A stretch of 64,000 nucleotides of DNA from Rhizodiscina lignyota (taxonomy: Eukaryota), in assembly GCA_010015805.1 (NCBI GenBank), contig ML978131.1:744001-808000 (forward strand), read 5' to 3'. The position numbers and the translations under genes were made by a program. The notes beneath the pieces were generated by a model. It was not told the DNA's origin, searched no databases, and saw only the letters and a list, made by a program, of their open reading frames with translations. Shown in pieces: positions 48,872 through 60,812 of this stretch (its first letter is position 1; each line of letters begins with the position of its first letter).

Positions 48872-50038
48872 ATGACTTCCTCACCCGGCAACCCCATGGC
48901 ATACACCTACTCCTCCCCCGTCCCCCCAGTCTCCTCAACCGTCTACCCCGTCGCCGGCATCCTCACCACCGTCTACGGCCTATCCGAGCTCCCGCCCAAC
49001 ATCACCGAAATCGCGTGCCTCTGGCTGCTGCACCCGCGCCTGCAGACGCAAGCGTGCATGGCGCCGCTGGCCGCGCACACCATTACACAATGGAACGAGC
49101 GCATACGGCAGGGCAAGGCGGGCAAGAAGCCAAAGGGTTTGATCGCAGCGTCGTTCGATGCGCGGAATCATGGGAGCAGGGAGGTGGATAAGATTGCGAA
49201 CGAGGCGTGGAGGCAGGGCAATGAGAGGCATGCGATTGATATGTTTTCTTGCTATCGTGAGTATTTCTCATTACTCGAGTTCTTCAGTCCCAGCACTATA
49301 GACTAAGCTAATGATGATTGAGCAGATGGATCGGCGCTCGACACAACGCTCCTCCTAACCCACCTCCCCTCCTACATCCACCCCTCTCTCCCCACCTCCG
49401 CAGCCGGATCCAAACCCATCCTCTCCACCAACATCGTCCTGGGCATCTCGCTCGGCGGCCACACCGCCTGGTCGCTCCTCCTCTCCGACCCGCGCATCAG
49501 CGCCGCCGTCTCGATCATCGGCTGCCCAGACTACATGTCGCTCATGCACGACCGTGCGAGACTGTCAAAAATAAAGGCGTATACCACCTCTTCCCCGCCA
49601 GGAAGCAAATTCTTCGGCAGCGACGCGTTCCCCCCTGCGCTGGTGGATGCGGTGCGGGCGTCTGATCCAGCGGGGCTGTTGAGCCCGTTTGGCAGTAAGA
49701 TGTCGGCGAACGCGCAAGCGGGCGCCGAAGGAGGAATCAGCCTCGCCGAAAAGAGGCGTCTCAGGTCACTCTTCAAGGAGCGGTTACAAGGGAAATCTAT
49801 CCTGCTGCTCAGCGGAGGAAGCGATAAGATGGTCCCCTATCGGATATTCGAGCCGTTCCTGAAGTATCTGAAAGGCGCGGCAGCAAAGGGCGGGTTCTTC
49901 GAAGACGGGCAGTTTACGATTGAGGACCATGTTTATGCGGGTGTGGGGCATGCGACTACGAGGGAGATGGCGGGGAAGGCGGAGGAGTGGATATGTGATT
50001 GGCTTGCGGGCGAAGTGAGGAGGGAGGCGAAGTTGTAG
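48872..50038 (+). CDS. Alpha/beta-hydrolase-fold protein
   Basis: Intron at 49257-49325. Motifs FDARNHGSR, nucleophile elbow GISLGG, D(KMVP) and GVGH supply the Ser-Asp-His triad. Confidence 0.88.
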
Positions 50039-50758
50039 GTTGGTTGGATTATGTCTAGCGGAAAGTTTGAGGACGTTTCTTGGGGCGACTCGAATGTAGA
50101 TATGCGGCACGAAGAGTTACAGAAGCAGTGATAACGCATGAACGTATACCCCATTTCGACATTTCCGTAGAATTACATACGCCGTGAGAATCAGTCCAGT
50201 CTTCATCGCATTGAACCATGAACATTCGAACGGACTATATGCACAGGGGGTGTGAATAAAGGTGCAAGGTGTAGTGACACGAAAAGTGATAGTTTTTAGC
50301 ATTAAACGAGTCCCTCGACCTTCTCCAGCACAATGAAGTGGTGCCAACTGTACCCATACCACGACCGAAAAGCAAGGAAGGGGGAATCTCAATCAACCTA
50401 TGAAGCGAGCTGAACCGATGATGTGATGAAAACGGGAGGGAAAACAGAGAACAAAATCCACAATGCAGATGTAACGACGAAGAAAAAGAAAGAAAGCCTG
50501 AGCCAGAATCCAACATATGCTGGTTCCTCCCCGTGTATTACGCACTCCACCACCTTGCTCTTATACCTCATCATCGAGCTGTTTGTACTGTCCAAAGCTC
50601 AAAGACACCCCCTCTGAGTACCACAACCACAACCCCCATCCACTGCCGTATATTTTCTTTGCTTCAAGTATCGCTCTTAAAGCTCAAAGACATCCACTTC
50701 CTCAGCACAGCCACATACTTCCCCATTCTTCACCAGATCGTCCCCACTTTCGGACCGT

Positions 50759-52568
50759 CTATTTAAACGCCTCCTTCAGCTTCCCAAAGAAGCTCCTCCT
50801 CTTCTTCTCCTTCCCACTGCCCTTGGTATCTTTGCTCGCCTTGCTATCCGGCGTGCCTTGGTGAGCACCCGAACTCTCCCCACCAAACTTAAACGCGGCA
50901 CTCAACCTCCTGCCCACATTTCCCTCGCCACCTCCTCTTTTCACCGGTGTAGCAGGCTCACCTGCCGCCGCCGCAATATTCCCCTGCGCAGTCGCCGGCT
51001 TGCTCATGGGGCTCACGTCCCTCGAATCCAGCTGTTTGGACTCCTCGGGCGCCTCGAGGCCCTCTTGTTTCGCGTCCGTAGGAGCAGGCGCGGTCTCGGT
51101 GGTCGCGGCCGTCTCTGTAGGCGCGGGTTCACCACTCGCCTCGACGGGTTTGACGTCCTTGAGTAGCTCCTCTTCGACTTCTCGCTTCTCCTCCACGGCT
51201 TCGGGGTTCGCGGAGGCCTCGGGGTCGACGTGCGCTTCTGCCTGGGATTCCTTGACGACTTCAGGTACGCCTTCTTCCTCTTGTGCTTTCTGCTTGTCTT
51301 TCTCGAGCGGGACTTGTGCGGCCAGGGCGGCAGTCGTGCTCTCTGGAGCAGCGGATTGAATGGTAACACCCGGATCTGCATTTTGCGCAGACGGAGCGTC
51401 TTTGCCCATTGGCAGGGAAGATTCGGGAATGGTGGTGCTGATCACTGGAGGCACGCCGAACATGCCGCCTGCGGTCTCGACGGGTTGGGAGGAGGCGGGG
51501 TAGGCGTCGCTCTTCTCGTAGCTCTCCTTGTCGGTCTTGACGGTGCTGTTGACGGTGTTGGACGTGACTTCGCTTGCTGGCGGCACGGCTTCGCCGGGCT
51601 TCAAGTCGATGGGGTTGCCAGTTCCTTCAGATGCGGGGATGGGGTTGACGCTGAATGTCTGTTCACCTTCTTTTGTCTTGGCCTCGTCTTGCGCTTTCAG
51701 TTCCGGATCATCGTGGACAGTGGATTGCACGGTGTTGCTGGTGACTTCGCTTGCTGGCGGGACTGGCTCGCCAGGCTTGAGGTCGACGGGATTACCTGTT
51801 CCTTCAGATGCGGGAATGGGGTTGACACTGAATGTCTGCTCGCCTTCCAGGGCGGGCGTCTCGGGGAACGCGCCTGGCGCCTTAGCGGTCTCGCCAGCAG
51901 CAGCCTCCTTCTTCTCTGCTTCTGTGGGCACATTGGCGGCCATGGCTGCTGTCGATGAGTCGGGCGCGGCTGAGGAGGTGAGAGGAATCAGCTCAGAGGG
52001 TTTGAGGACGTTATTCGTGTTTCCGGAGGCGTCGGTTTCTGTAGGCGCAGTGTGCGAAGTCACCCACTCGCCGTCCTTGACGAACTGTGTATGACGTCGA
52101 CTAGTCAGCTTAGGGTTGCTCAAGCTATGCCAGGCTAGGAGGAAGCCAAGGTTAGGGAGCGAGAGCACGAGGACAGGAAAGAAAAAAATAAGGCGGAGCC
52201 TCGCGCTTGTGATCTTGTGCAGCCTGGTAATAAGCGGGATGCAACGGAGGAGCTACTCACCTTGTAGTACACGTTCTCGCCGGTGTGCGGCAGCTCGACC
52301 GTCTTCGTGAACACGCCCTCGCTGTCTTTCTCCAGCTTCACCGTCTTCCCCCAGTCGTCGAAGGTGCCCGTGACGAAGACCTCGCTGGCGGGATGCTCCC
52401 TGTACGTGCGCGAAAAAGACAATTAGAGTGTGGCCTGTTTCAATGCTCGTGGAGGTGGTGGTTGCGCAAGCTGGGAGCTGCCTTGCCAAGCTGCTTGTGC
52501 CGGAGCGCGCAGCTTCGGAATTAAGCTGAGAGAGAGCGGACTCACCACTTGAACGTATAGCTCCCCAT
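50759..52568 (-). CDS. Crp1/Mdg1-like protein with an N-terminal AMPK-beta-type glycogen-binding (CBM48-like) domain
   Basis: Spliced N-terminus MGSYTFKWEHPASEVFVTGTFDDW...YYKFVKDGEW, with introns at about 52545-52402 and 52260-52087. The acidic tail has two ~42-aa repeats and ends KKRRSFFGKLKEAFK. Confidence 0.88.
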
Positions 52569-53714
52569 CACCAGATGAGAGGAATCGGATTAATAAAAGA
52601 CGCGCTGGTTAGAGTTGTGCGAGTGTGTGAGCTGGATGCAGCAGCGCCGCCGACTACGTCTCGCAGTGTGAGAGGAAATGTCGGCGTTGAGTGTTGGGCG
52701 GGGGTTCAAGCAGGTCGACGTCAAAGCTCCCGGCGCTGTTTGCTGCAGCTGAAAGTGGCCGCTCCTTCAAACGAGCAGGGCGCAGCTTGCAAAGGAATGA
52801 CGGATAGGCCCAGCAGAGCGATGGAGATTAGAATTGAGCAGGCCGGCCGGAGTGCTGAGGTTGTGGGAGGGAAGATGTGCGAGGGAGTGGCGGCGGTTGC
52901 ACGTTCAGAGCTGGTCCGGCGGCGGAGGCTGGGATGATCTGAGTGTCAAGCTTGGCGCTGCCGCTTGGGACGAACCAAACTACGCCTGATTTCGATTTTA
53001 ATATTACAGCGATTACGAGCGGCTAGCAAGCGTTCCTGCGTGTGGCTAATCCTCCGAGAGTGCGCTTGCGGCGGCTCCATTCCAATTGCCTCAACCTTCT
53101 TGTGACATCACGCTTCACACACACACAGCGGCGGTGAAGATCTCAATGGCGACCATGGCCGGCAATTGACAGCTCGTGGCGGCCATGCGAACGCGGAGGG
53201 CTCGTGCGAAAGATCTTCATGCACGACCGCGTGACGGGCTTGCGATTGGGATTGGGATTGGAGCATCGCACCAGACTCCTGCCGTACGTAATATGCAGGC
53301 AAGGCAAAGACACCAATCGCCGCCAGCGTCGAAATCTACAACGTACATTTGCTGTTGCTATAGACCGGACCGCACTGCTATCGAAACCAAGGGAAAGGAG
53401 CATATCTGGAGTACAAACAGTTTCCGATGAGAACTTGCGAGAGCGCCACCACCGTCCACACGCTTTTTAGAGGAGGTATGCAATCCAGATAACGAGAGCG
53501 ACGAATAGGAGTAGTACTAGCAGAACAGAGTGCAGCGACGCCATGACCTTTCCTTCAAGCAGATAATAGTAGTAGACAGCGTACGAGAGCGCTCATTTCC
53601 GTCTACGCATGATGAGAAAAACTCCTTTCCACCGGTATTGTCACCGCTCGCTCCTTTGCAATTGCTATTTCGTTTCGCCTTTTGACCGTCACGCCATCAT
53701 CAACAGCATATCCG

Positions 53715-55115
53715 TCATTTCGCCAATGGGTCCACATTATCGCTCGTGCTATAGTCAGTCCGCCTCATGATGCCCTCCACCGGTCCAAGTAACCGCTGGA
53801 ATCCGTCCTTGCCCAGCGTCGCCACTTTCACTTCTGTTCTGCTCACCACACTTGCCGCTCTGGGCGCGTCGTTGAGGAGCGCCAGTTCGCCAAAGTAGTC
53901 GCCCTTTGCGTACTTTTTCACGGGCTGCTGCGTGCCGCGCTTGAAGGCTTCAGCCTCGCCAGACTCAAGCAGGAAGAATGATTCGCCCGGGTCACCTTCC
54001 TTGATGATTGTGCTGCCCGGGGGGTATTTCTGCGTCTCCAGAGCGTCGGCAATCTTGCTGCGCTCATATGGTGTGAGAGAGGAGAGCAGCTTGACCTCTT
54101 CTAGGAAGCTCTCGTACATGCGTCGGCGTTGGAAGGCAGAGTCCATGAGGATGCGGCGAAATGTGATGCGGTCGAGAGCCCAGAGTGTCGACTTCTCGGT
54201 GGATACGACGGTAGCGGCACGAGGAGCGTTGTACATGAGAGCAAGTTCACCGAAGGAGCTACCAGGTCCGTTGGTGGCCACCTTCTTGCCCATGCCCTCC
54301 TCTCCCGGTTCGAGCTTGCCACTTGAATTGACATAGATGTCAAACTTGCCGCCCTCAACTATGTAGAAGTAGTCTCCTACATCGCCTTGTGTGATTACCT
54401 TGATTCCCTTCGCGGGGATCACCTTCTCCTGCAGTGCTCCGAGCACTTGTGAAAACTGGTCCTCGTCGAGGTGGGAGAAGAGGAAGTTCCCAGCAACGGC
54501 TTGTCTGAGGCGGGTCTGTTGGTCTGCGGTCTTTTGGTAGAAGGGAGGAGTCCAATTGTCGTTGGCGGATGAGGCAGGGTTCAATGACTCTGCAGAGACT
54601 GAGGTGCGTCGGTTCATGTTGTAGTTGCTAGGGAAGCTCTGAGCGTCCATGCCGCTGCTCGATGGAGGCGAGGTGCCGCTCTTGAAGCCGCCAGAGCGAC
54701 CTCCACCGCCCATACTGAATCCACCGAAGTTGCCAAACGCACTCTCTCCGCCATTGTCCTGCTCGCGGGTCTTGTCGGCGTCCATGACGTTGGGTGGGAA
54801 GTTGCTCGTCGTGGGCGACGCGACGTGGTCGTTCTCCTCCTCCTCCGTCACGCTGCGCATTCCACCCGACGGGCTCTGCTGGCGCGGCGGCGATCCAAAG
54901 GGGTTGCTGCCGGGGAAGGTGGACGTCATGCCCGGCTGGCCGCCCTTGCTTGGGTGGAGGGACTGCTGGGCGGACAGCAGGAACTCGTTGCGCTGCGACT
55001 CGAGGCGGCGGGCGAAGAAGTTTGCGCAGAACTGGAGCACGTCGGCGGGCTGGTTGGCTAGCACCTCGCGGTTCAGGGCGGAGATTTCGCGCGTGTAGTC
55101 TGGCGGGAGCGACAT
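53715..55115 (-). CDS. BCY1: cAMP-dependent protein kinase regulatory subunit (Bcy1/PkaR)
   Basis: D/D domain (QPADVLQFCANFF), RRTSV inhibitor site and two CNB cassettes (FGELAL..APRAA). 466 aa from the first ATG at 55115, with no introns. Confidence 0.97.
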   Translation of the reverse strand: MSLPPDYTREISALNREVLANQPADVLQFCANFFARRLESQRNEFLLSAQQSLHPSKGGQPGMTSTFPGSNPFGSPPRQQSPSGGMRSVTEEEENDHVASPTTSNFPPNVMDADKTREQDNGGESAFGNFGGFSMGGGGRSGGFKSGTSPPSSSGMDAQSFPSNYNMNRRTSVSAESLNPASSANDNWTPPFYQKTADQQTRLRQAVAGNFLFSHLDEDQFSQVLGALQEKVIPAKGIKVITQGDVGDYFYIVEGGKFDIYVNSSGKLEPGEEGMGKKVATNGPGSSFGELALMYNAPRAATVVSTEKSTLWALDRITFRRILMDSAFQRRRMYESFLEEVKLLSSLTPYERSKIADALETQKYPPGSTIIKEGDPGESFFLLESGEAEAFKRGTQQPVKKYAKGDYFGELALLNDAPRAASVVSRTEVKVATLGKDGFQRLLGPVEGIMRRTDYSTSDNVDPLAK

Positions 55116-55943
55116 TTGAAGTGGAAGCGTGCGGAGAGGAGGGGCGCTGCTTTTTGGCTGCTGCTGCTGCGAGCTGGGAGCTGGCTGGCTGTGGGTCTCC
55201 GTCACGTCGGTCCCGACAGGGAAGGCGTGCTGTGTGGTACGGCTTGACAGCGATGGGAGTGCTGACGTGCAGACGGATATAGGCTGGAGGGAGGTCAATT
55301 GAGGTGTTGCAGCTGGGCCAGCAGAGCCAGGAAATTGCGAGGGCGGGTGGCTGCTGCTGTCGCGCGCGTGAGTGGGTGGGTAGTGGCCGTTTGGGGGGTG
55401 GAGGGAGCTACCCAGCGCTGGAGCGGGGTGCCAGCAGGCCAGCACGCTGCGTATGGAACGCTTCGAGAAGCCTTCTAGAAGGCGCACCGTGATACGATAC
55501 GTCACTCTGCGGATCGCGGCGTGTCTGGCGTCTTCTTTGTTGATGTGCTCTGGACGAGGTGTTGACGCACTCAATCTGCCGTGACGCGGTGACGCTGCCC
55601 GGCCCTTCCCTTTGGAATGCTGCTTGCGGCCTCAGTGACGATCGCCATGGCCAGTCTCCCGGCCTGGACAATCTGCTCCCTAAAAAGCACTTGTCGGTAT
55701 CACTCACCGTCAGCCACTGCGCTTCACCGTGACACTAGCCTCGCCGTCTCCGCAACCGTGCAGGCCTAGCTTCCGTGCGATCGCTTACAGGTACAAGTGC
55801 GTCTCGGTGCTATCAAAGAAGATCGAGGAACATGTCTCGCTCTGGAATGCAGTTCGTGTTCTAATTACACCCTATCGTCGGCCTCTCATTCGAAATTGGC
55901 GAGCAATAAAGCAAGCAGCTATGATATATGCGAGTGAATAAGA

Positions 55944-56135
55944 TATGCTTCGCTGTCTCATAATTCCTTGATTGAGAAACGGTCCACGCTCAGGCTTCAC
56001 CTCTCCGCCCATTATGGAGCGCTGTCTCATAATCACTTGATAAAGAAAGCAGTCCACGTTCAGACTTCATCTCTGCCCCATTATGAAGCGCCGTCTCATA
56101 ATTCGTTGCTGGGAAAGACGTTCACACTCTGAGAC
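55944..56135. repeat. 69-bp tandem repeat, about 2.7 copies
   Basis: cgc(t/c)gtctcataat recurs at 55951, 56020 and 56089, with similar sequence between the copies. Confidence 0.88.
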
Positions 56136-56160
56136 ATGCTTCACGGAATGAAGCATTGTC

Positions 56161-57906
56161 TCATGCCTTCTTCCTGCGCTCCCGCTTTTCGACCTCCTTC
56201 TGCATGTTGGTCTCTTCCTCCAGCTTCTTGGCTGTGGGCTTCCTCACGCGCCTGAGCCGAGAAGCGGGTCCTCCCTCCTCATCACCAGACGGCTGCTCTT
56301 CTCGAAACTTGATCGTCAGTCTCGTCTCGCGCTCCGATTTTGCAGCAGGTGGTCCGTTCGCAGCAGGTGGTCCCTTCGCAGCAGTAGGTCCCTTCGCAGC
56401 AGTAGGTCCCTTCGCAGCAGATGGTCCCTTCGTAGTAGGTGGTCCCTTCGTAGTAGTAGGTAGCTGTTCCTCGTGAACCTTAATCTTTAGCTTCGTCACG
56501 CCCTTCGGTTCTCCAGCAGGTTCTTCCTTCTCGGCAGCGACGTGCTCATTCTGAGGCTTCTTGGCGGTGGATCGCGTCTTTTGCTTGGGCTTCTCCATCT
56601 CTTGCACACTGTCGCTGGAGAGCATTCGCTCAGTCGCCAGGTTCTTCGACATCGACCTCGTCTCGCGCCTGGAACTCTCTGGATGTGCCGTGTCTTCACG
56701 AACAGCCAAGCCCTCATCCTCACGCCCCTTTCCCTTGCCTCTCTTCTGCTGCTTCGAGATCGCACCAAGTTGGCCCTTCTCTCTAGGAGCAGCAGACGTC
56801 CTCTCATCCTGAAAAGTATGCTCATACTCGTGGTCCAGATCATTGTACCAGTTCAGTAGCCTCGTGACGAACCTCTCCAGGAACTCACGGAAGCCTGCTG
56901 CCACTGCGACGTGCTGACTCTCCTGCAAGTCGACCTGCGGCACTGCCGACTCGTCCAGCGCTCCCATGACCTCCTCAACAAGCCGCGTGTGAAACTCCAG
57001 CGGCTCGCCCTTCCACCCGTGGCTGTGGTAGACTGCCTTCTCCAGAACGTCCTCCATGACCTTTGCCTCATTGGTATTTGCAGGATTGAGACGACGCGGT
57101 TCGACAGTGTTTCTGCGCGCTGGACGAAGGAGGTAGTGAATGCCGGGGATCATGTCGTCGCGGTTGATTGTGATGATGCTGCGCTTGGACTTGTAGCGGA
57201 TGTGGGACTGGTCTGGGATAGGCGTGTCGTAGCGGGAGAGGCCTTCCTCGATCTTGTCCCAGAGCTGCTTTAGCCGCGGGTTCGGGTTCCACGCAACATC
57301 AGGAATGGTGAGGCCTTGTGCCTCAGCATAAGCTTGAACTTCTAGGCACGCGCGGTCGTTGCTGCGGCCCCAGAGCTCGGCGAGGTCGTGCCACCAGTGG
57401 CGGCAGTTGCTGGCTCCGCAGTCGCGATGCAGGTCGTTGAACTGGGTTTGAGTATAGTCGTAGACGACTCCAACATTGTCAACCTTCTCTCTCCTCTCGT
57501 TAAACGTCTCACGTGTGATGCGGAACATGATGCGCTCGGGATGTCTGGAATTTTGAAACGTCACCATCTTCAGCATCGTGCTGCCACTTTTCTGCGCCAC
57601 CGCCTCCAGAGCCTCCTCTAGATCCTTCCAATTCACTCCTCCTCCGCGACGACGCACGGTAATGTTCTCGTCATCGACGAGGCTGAGGCACGAGAAGCTC
57701 CAGCTCACGCCGGGCGGAGCAGTAGTCACAGGCGCATTACGTGTCGCGAGGTTCTCGGGATCTTGGAGGAAGAGTTCTCTGCCCTTTGGGAGAATCGACT
57801 GGTCGGGGTAGAGGAACACGAATTCGTGGTGCGGCCAGCGCGCGACACCATCGCCGTTGAAGCGGCCGGCAGGAGACTTTGTAGCGACGTGTCGTTCGTA
57901 GGGCAT
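56161..57906 (-). CDS. Hypothetical 581-aa protein with a Lys-rich tail and PxAAKG repeats
   Basis: Uninterrupted ATG ORF. It contains an H..C....C.H cluster (LHRDCGASNCRHWWH) and a charged C-terminus. Confidence 0.75.
   Translation of the reverse strand: MPYERHVATKSPAGRFNGDGVARWPHHEFVFLYPDQSILPKGRELFLQDPENLATRNAPVTTAPPGVSWSFSCLSLVDDENITVRRRGGGVNWKDLEEALEAVAQKSGSTMLKMVTFQNSRHPERIMFRITRETFNERREKVDNVGVVYDYTQTQFNDLHRDCGASNCRHWWHDLAELWGRSNDRACLEVQAYAEAQGLTIPDVAWNPNPRLKQLWDKIEEGLSRYDTPIPDQSHIRYKSKRSIITINRDDMIPGIHYLLRPARRNTVEPRRLNPANTNEAKVMEDVLEKAVYHSHGWKGEPLEFHTRLVEEVMGALDESAVPQVDLQESQHVAVAAGFREFLERFVTRLLNWYNDLDHEYEHTFQDERTSAAPREKGQLGAISKQQKRGKGKGREDEGLAVREDTAHPESSRRETRSMSKNLATERMLSSDSVQEMEKPKQKTRSTAKKPQNEHVAAEKEEPAGEPKGVTKLKIKVHEEQLPTTTKGPPTTKGPSAAKGPTAAKGPTAAKGPPAANGPPAAKSERETRLTIKFREEQPSGDEEGGPASRLRRVRKPTAKKLEEETNMQKEVEKRERRKKA
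56340..56462 (-). repeat. Coding 18-bp minisatellite (PTAAKG-like, about 6-7 units)
   Basis: ggtcccttcgcagcagta-like units in tandem on the + strand. Confidence 0.9.
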
Positions 57907-59897
57907 CCTGTAATTTTCGGGGGTGGATGGCGAGCCGGACGGCGGAGATGACTGCGATGCGCGTGAGAGTATACTTGCCTCGGTGGTATAGTCTATGTTT
58001 AGTTACAACATTTTGCCCTCTGCTTTCTATTGCAGGATCCATGATGAAGTGGAAAGATCTGCTGTAGGTAGTGTAGTGTGTTGATTTTGGTGTCGGGAGT
58101 GTGTAGAGTTGAGCTGGTTGAGGTTTTGTAGAAGTGTGGGTGTAAACGTAGACTGTAGCTTTTTGAAGAGCTGCGCCTGCGTTTGATGCGAGAGCCTCGC
58201 GCTCGGAAGTGCGCAGCGTTGGATTCGGTTGGTGGGGATGATGGGAACAATTAAAGTGGCAGCCTTGTCAAGCGAATTCTGCAGGTGGGAGAAGGAAGTG
58301 ATGTCAGTTCGCTATCTTCACGCCTCTGTGAGAGTGAATCGTTGGCAGGGTCGACCAGCTCGAGCAAGACCAAAAAGAAAGGACTGCACTTGAAATGCAC
58401 CATGTTAAAGGATTCTATAAGTTATAATAAGTCGGACTTAGAATTTTTCAACCCAAAAAAATTTGGCAGAAAAAAGGCAAAAAATTCAGGCACCCACTCC
58501 TACTCCTCGATGTTGAATTGGAGTAGAAGGCTGTACCTTATCAAACTTTCCAACGTGTCCGATGCGGTTTACCCCTCACAGCTGCTCGTACAGCTAAGGT
58601 ACGCCAAGGACTTCTTTGGCAGTTTTGTCGGTCGTCAACCTATGGTGGTCACCCTTCAGGAGTGTGGCCACCAATTGTTGGCTGAAGTAGAGAGCAACGT
58701 CGACTTGAGCTAATGCTCGTTCTCTGAATTGGAGTACTAAGGAAAGTTACGAAATATATGAATGACCATAGAATAAAATAAATCAGGGGTCATACTCAAT
58801 GACGGAAGAGCTTCCAGCCTCCCAATACCGCACCCTCTACTTTTCCTTTCTGAGTTTCTTCAACGCACACCACTTTGCACTAAAACACTGTCGATGGCGA
58901 TGGTGAATAGTGAGCAGCCTTTTCATTTCAACTTCGAGCTTTTCTTTTCCTCTTTCCTCTTTGAGCGAGACAATTTTCAACGCATCGTGTGAAAAGATTG
59001 ACGGACGGACTGGTCGACGAGACAACCGGCAAAGATGCTGCTTGTGGTCATGGAAAGAAAGAGGCAGACCAGCAATCTATTGATGACGAACCCTACCAGT
59101 AGCCAGCGGTCTTTAAGGCAAATTAAATCCATGAGTTCATGAAGCTTACCGACTGACCGAAACTCAAAAGCGATCGCGGAGGCTCGCCACTGTACTGTAG
59201 CACGTTCGATATCAATGGCCGACCTTCGAGACTCTTACACCTGGGGCTTTCGCATGAACAATTAGGGGAGCGTCCGCTAGGGCGGCGAGAGTTTCGCAGC
59301 TGGAGGGCCAGCTGGCATGACTGCCACTGATCGCACCATCGAAAGCTTCATCATTCTCGCAGCCAGCCCATCTTGACAGTGGGATAGGACATTCCTGGTT
59401 CTCCCTCAGGACAAGGGTGTCGGGACAAAGGTACGGGGGAAGGTTCGTGGTGAAGGGGTATCGTGGGTATCGGGACAAGGATTTCGGTACGCCGACTTCA
59501 GACGCAGGTACTAGAACTCTGCTTCGTAATAGACGCCACAGATTGCTTTCTGCTAACCACACTGCTGTCTTAGGGCAGATTACTCCATCTGTTGGCCATG
59601 ACGGTTGCTTCAGCGGGTCGGGTTGAGGGCGTGCTGGAGAGCATTGCCGGCTCCAATCACCACCACAACCACACAGGTTTTGCGCCTATTGTCTAGTACG
59701 AGCCTCTATTCCTTCGAGTCGATCAACGGTCCTGTTCCACTCGCGTGGTCGTGGCTGACAGCGCATCGGCCAGCCGTGATCGAATATGGGGGAAACTGGA
59801 GAATTAGCACTACTACTGCATCAGTGCCACTACTATTTGAACAGAAAGAGAGCACAATTACTGTAACAGTCAATTGAACATCAATGAAGAGATTAGC

Positions 59898-60380
59898 ATG
59901 AGGTTTGTTGTTGTTGCGGACGCGTCCATCGAATCGCTAAGAAATTCAGTGGGGAAGGATGTTTGTTTACGGTTTGTCGTGCCAAGGAATTTTCGATCCG
60001 CCCCGCCGACCTCAGACAACGACATCTCCTTCGTTCATTACGGTTTTCTGTCCACTAATGACAAGCAAGCAGCAAATCGAGTAGACTCTCGCATCGTCTT
60101 CAAGGTTAAATTAGATTTTTCCATCCAGATCGATCACCTTCTCTGCATGGAGGCACTGGAAGTGGTGATGAGACCGTTGGAAGATATCTTCGACTGGCTC
60201 GAAATTTGGCTGGCCGCAATTCAGGTCGACCGATGCTCCGAATCTCGATGTCTGCAAGACGGAGACCTGATCAATGGAGCACGACATTGTATCTCTAGCT
60301 CAATATATCTCCGAGCGAACAGGACAGTGTTCGAAGCCACTATGATCGCACGACCTAACGATATAAAGCTGTTTCCCTGA
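59898..60380 (+). CDS. Hypothetical ORF (~160 aa)
   Basis: ATG ORF with globular-looking composition but no recognisable motif. Confidence 0.3.
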   Translation: MRFVVVADASIESLRNSVGKDVCLRFVVPRNFRSAPPTSDNDISFVHYGFLSTNDKQAANRVDSRIVFKVKLDFSIQIDHLLCMEALEVVMRPLEDIFDWLEIWLAAIQVDRCSESRCLQDGDLINGARHCISSSIYLRANRTVFEATMIARPNDIKLFP

Positions 60381-60812
60381 AAAGTGAGAAAGAGCGACTA
60401 ATAATGATAAACGCCTCAGATCCATGTTGCAATAATTTGTTCTACAATACCAGGGCAGCGAACTCACTAAAGGAGCGTAATCTGGGTTTAAACTTGTTAC
60501 TACTATCCAAGTACGAGCGAGAGAAGCTGTTCAGTGTGATTCGAGGACTGGAACATTCGAGCCTACATGTCACGACTGTGAAGGCCTTGCTGTGAACTCG
60601 ATGTTTCACCAGCGGCTAAGTTCAATCATCGTCACGTCGCTCTTCAATCATGTGGTCTATGATCAGCTCTCCCATCGATCTTCTAACCAAAACTCAACGA
60701 ACATCCGAAACGACTCTTTTTACTTCAAGACCAACAGCTACTCGCGCTTCCAGTTCCTGAAGCAAGGATCACGAGTACAAGTACAATACAATCTCAGGAA
60801 GGACTCTATCCA

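Noticed and set aside
55944..56135. CRISPR-like repeat-spacer appearance
   Set aside because: The intervening segments resemble each other, so it is a tandem repeat. The context is eukaryotic and there are no cas genes.
58370..59030. A-rich segment with a 12-bp direct repeat (TGAATTGGAGTA) and a short basic ORF, possibly a transposon remnant
   Set aside because: No terminal inverted repeats, LTR, target-site duplication or transposase/RT motif could be established.
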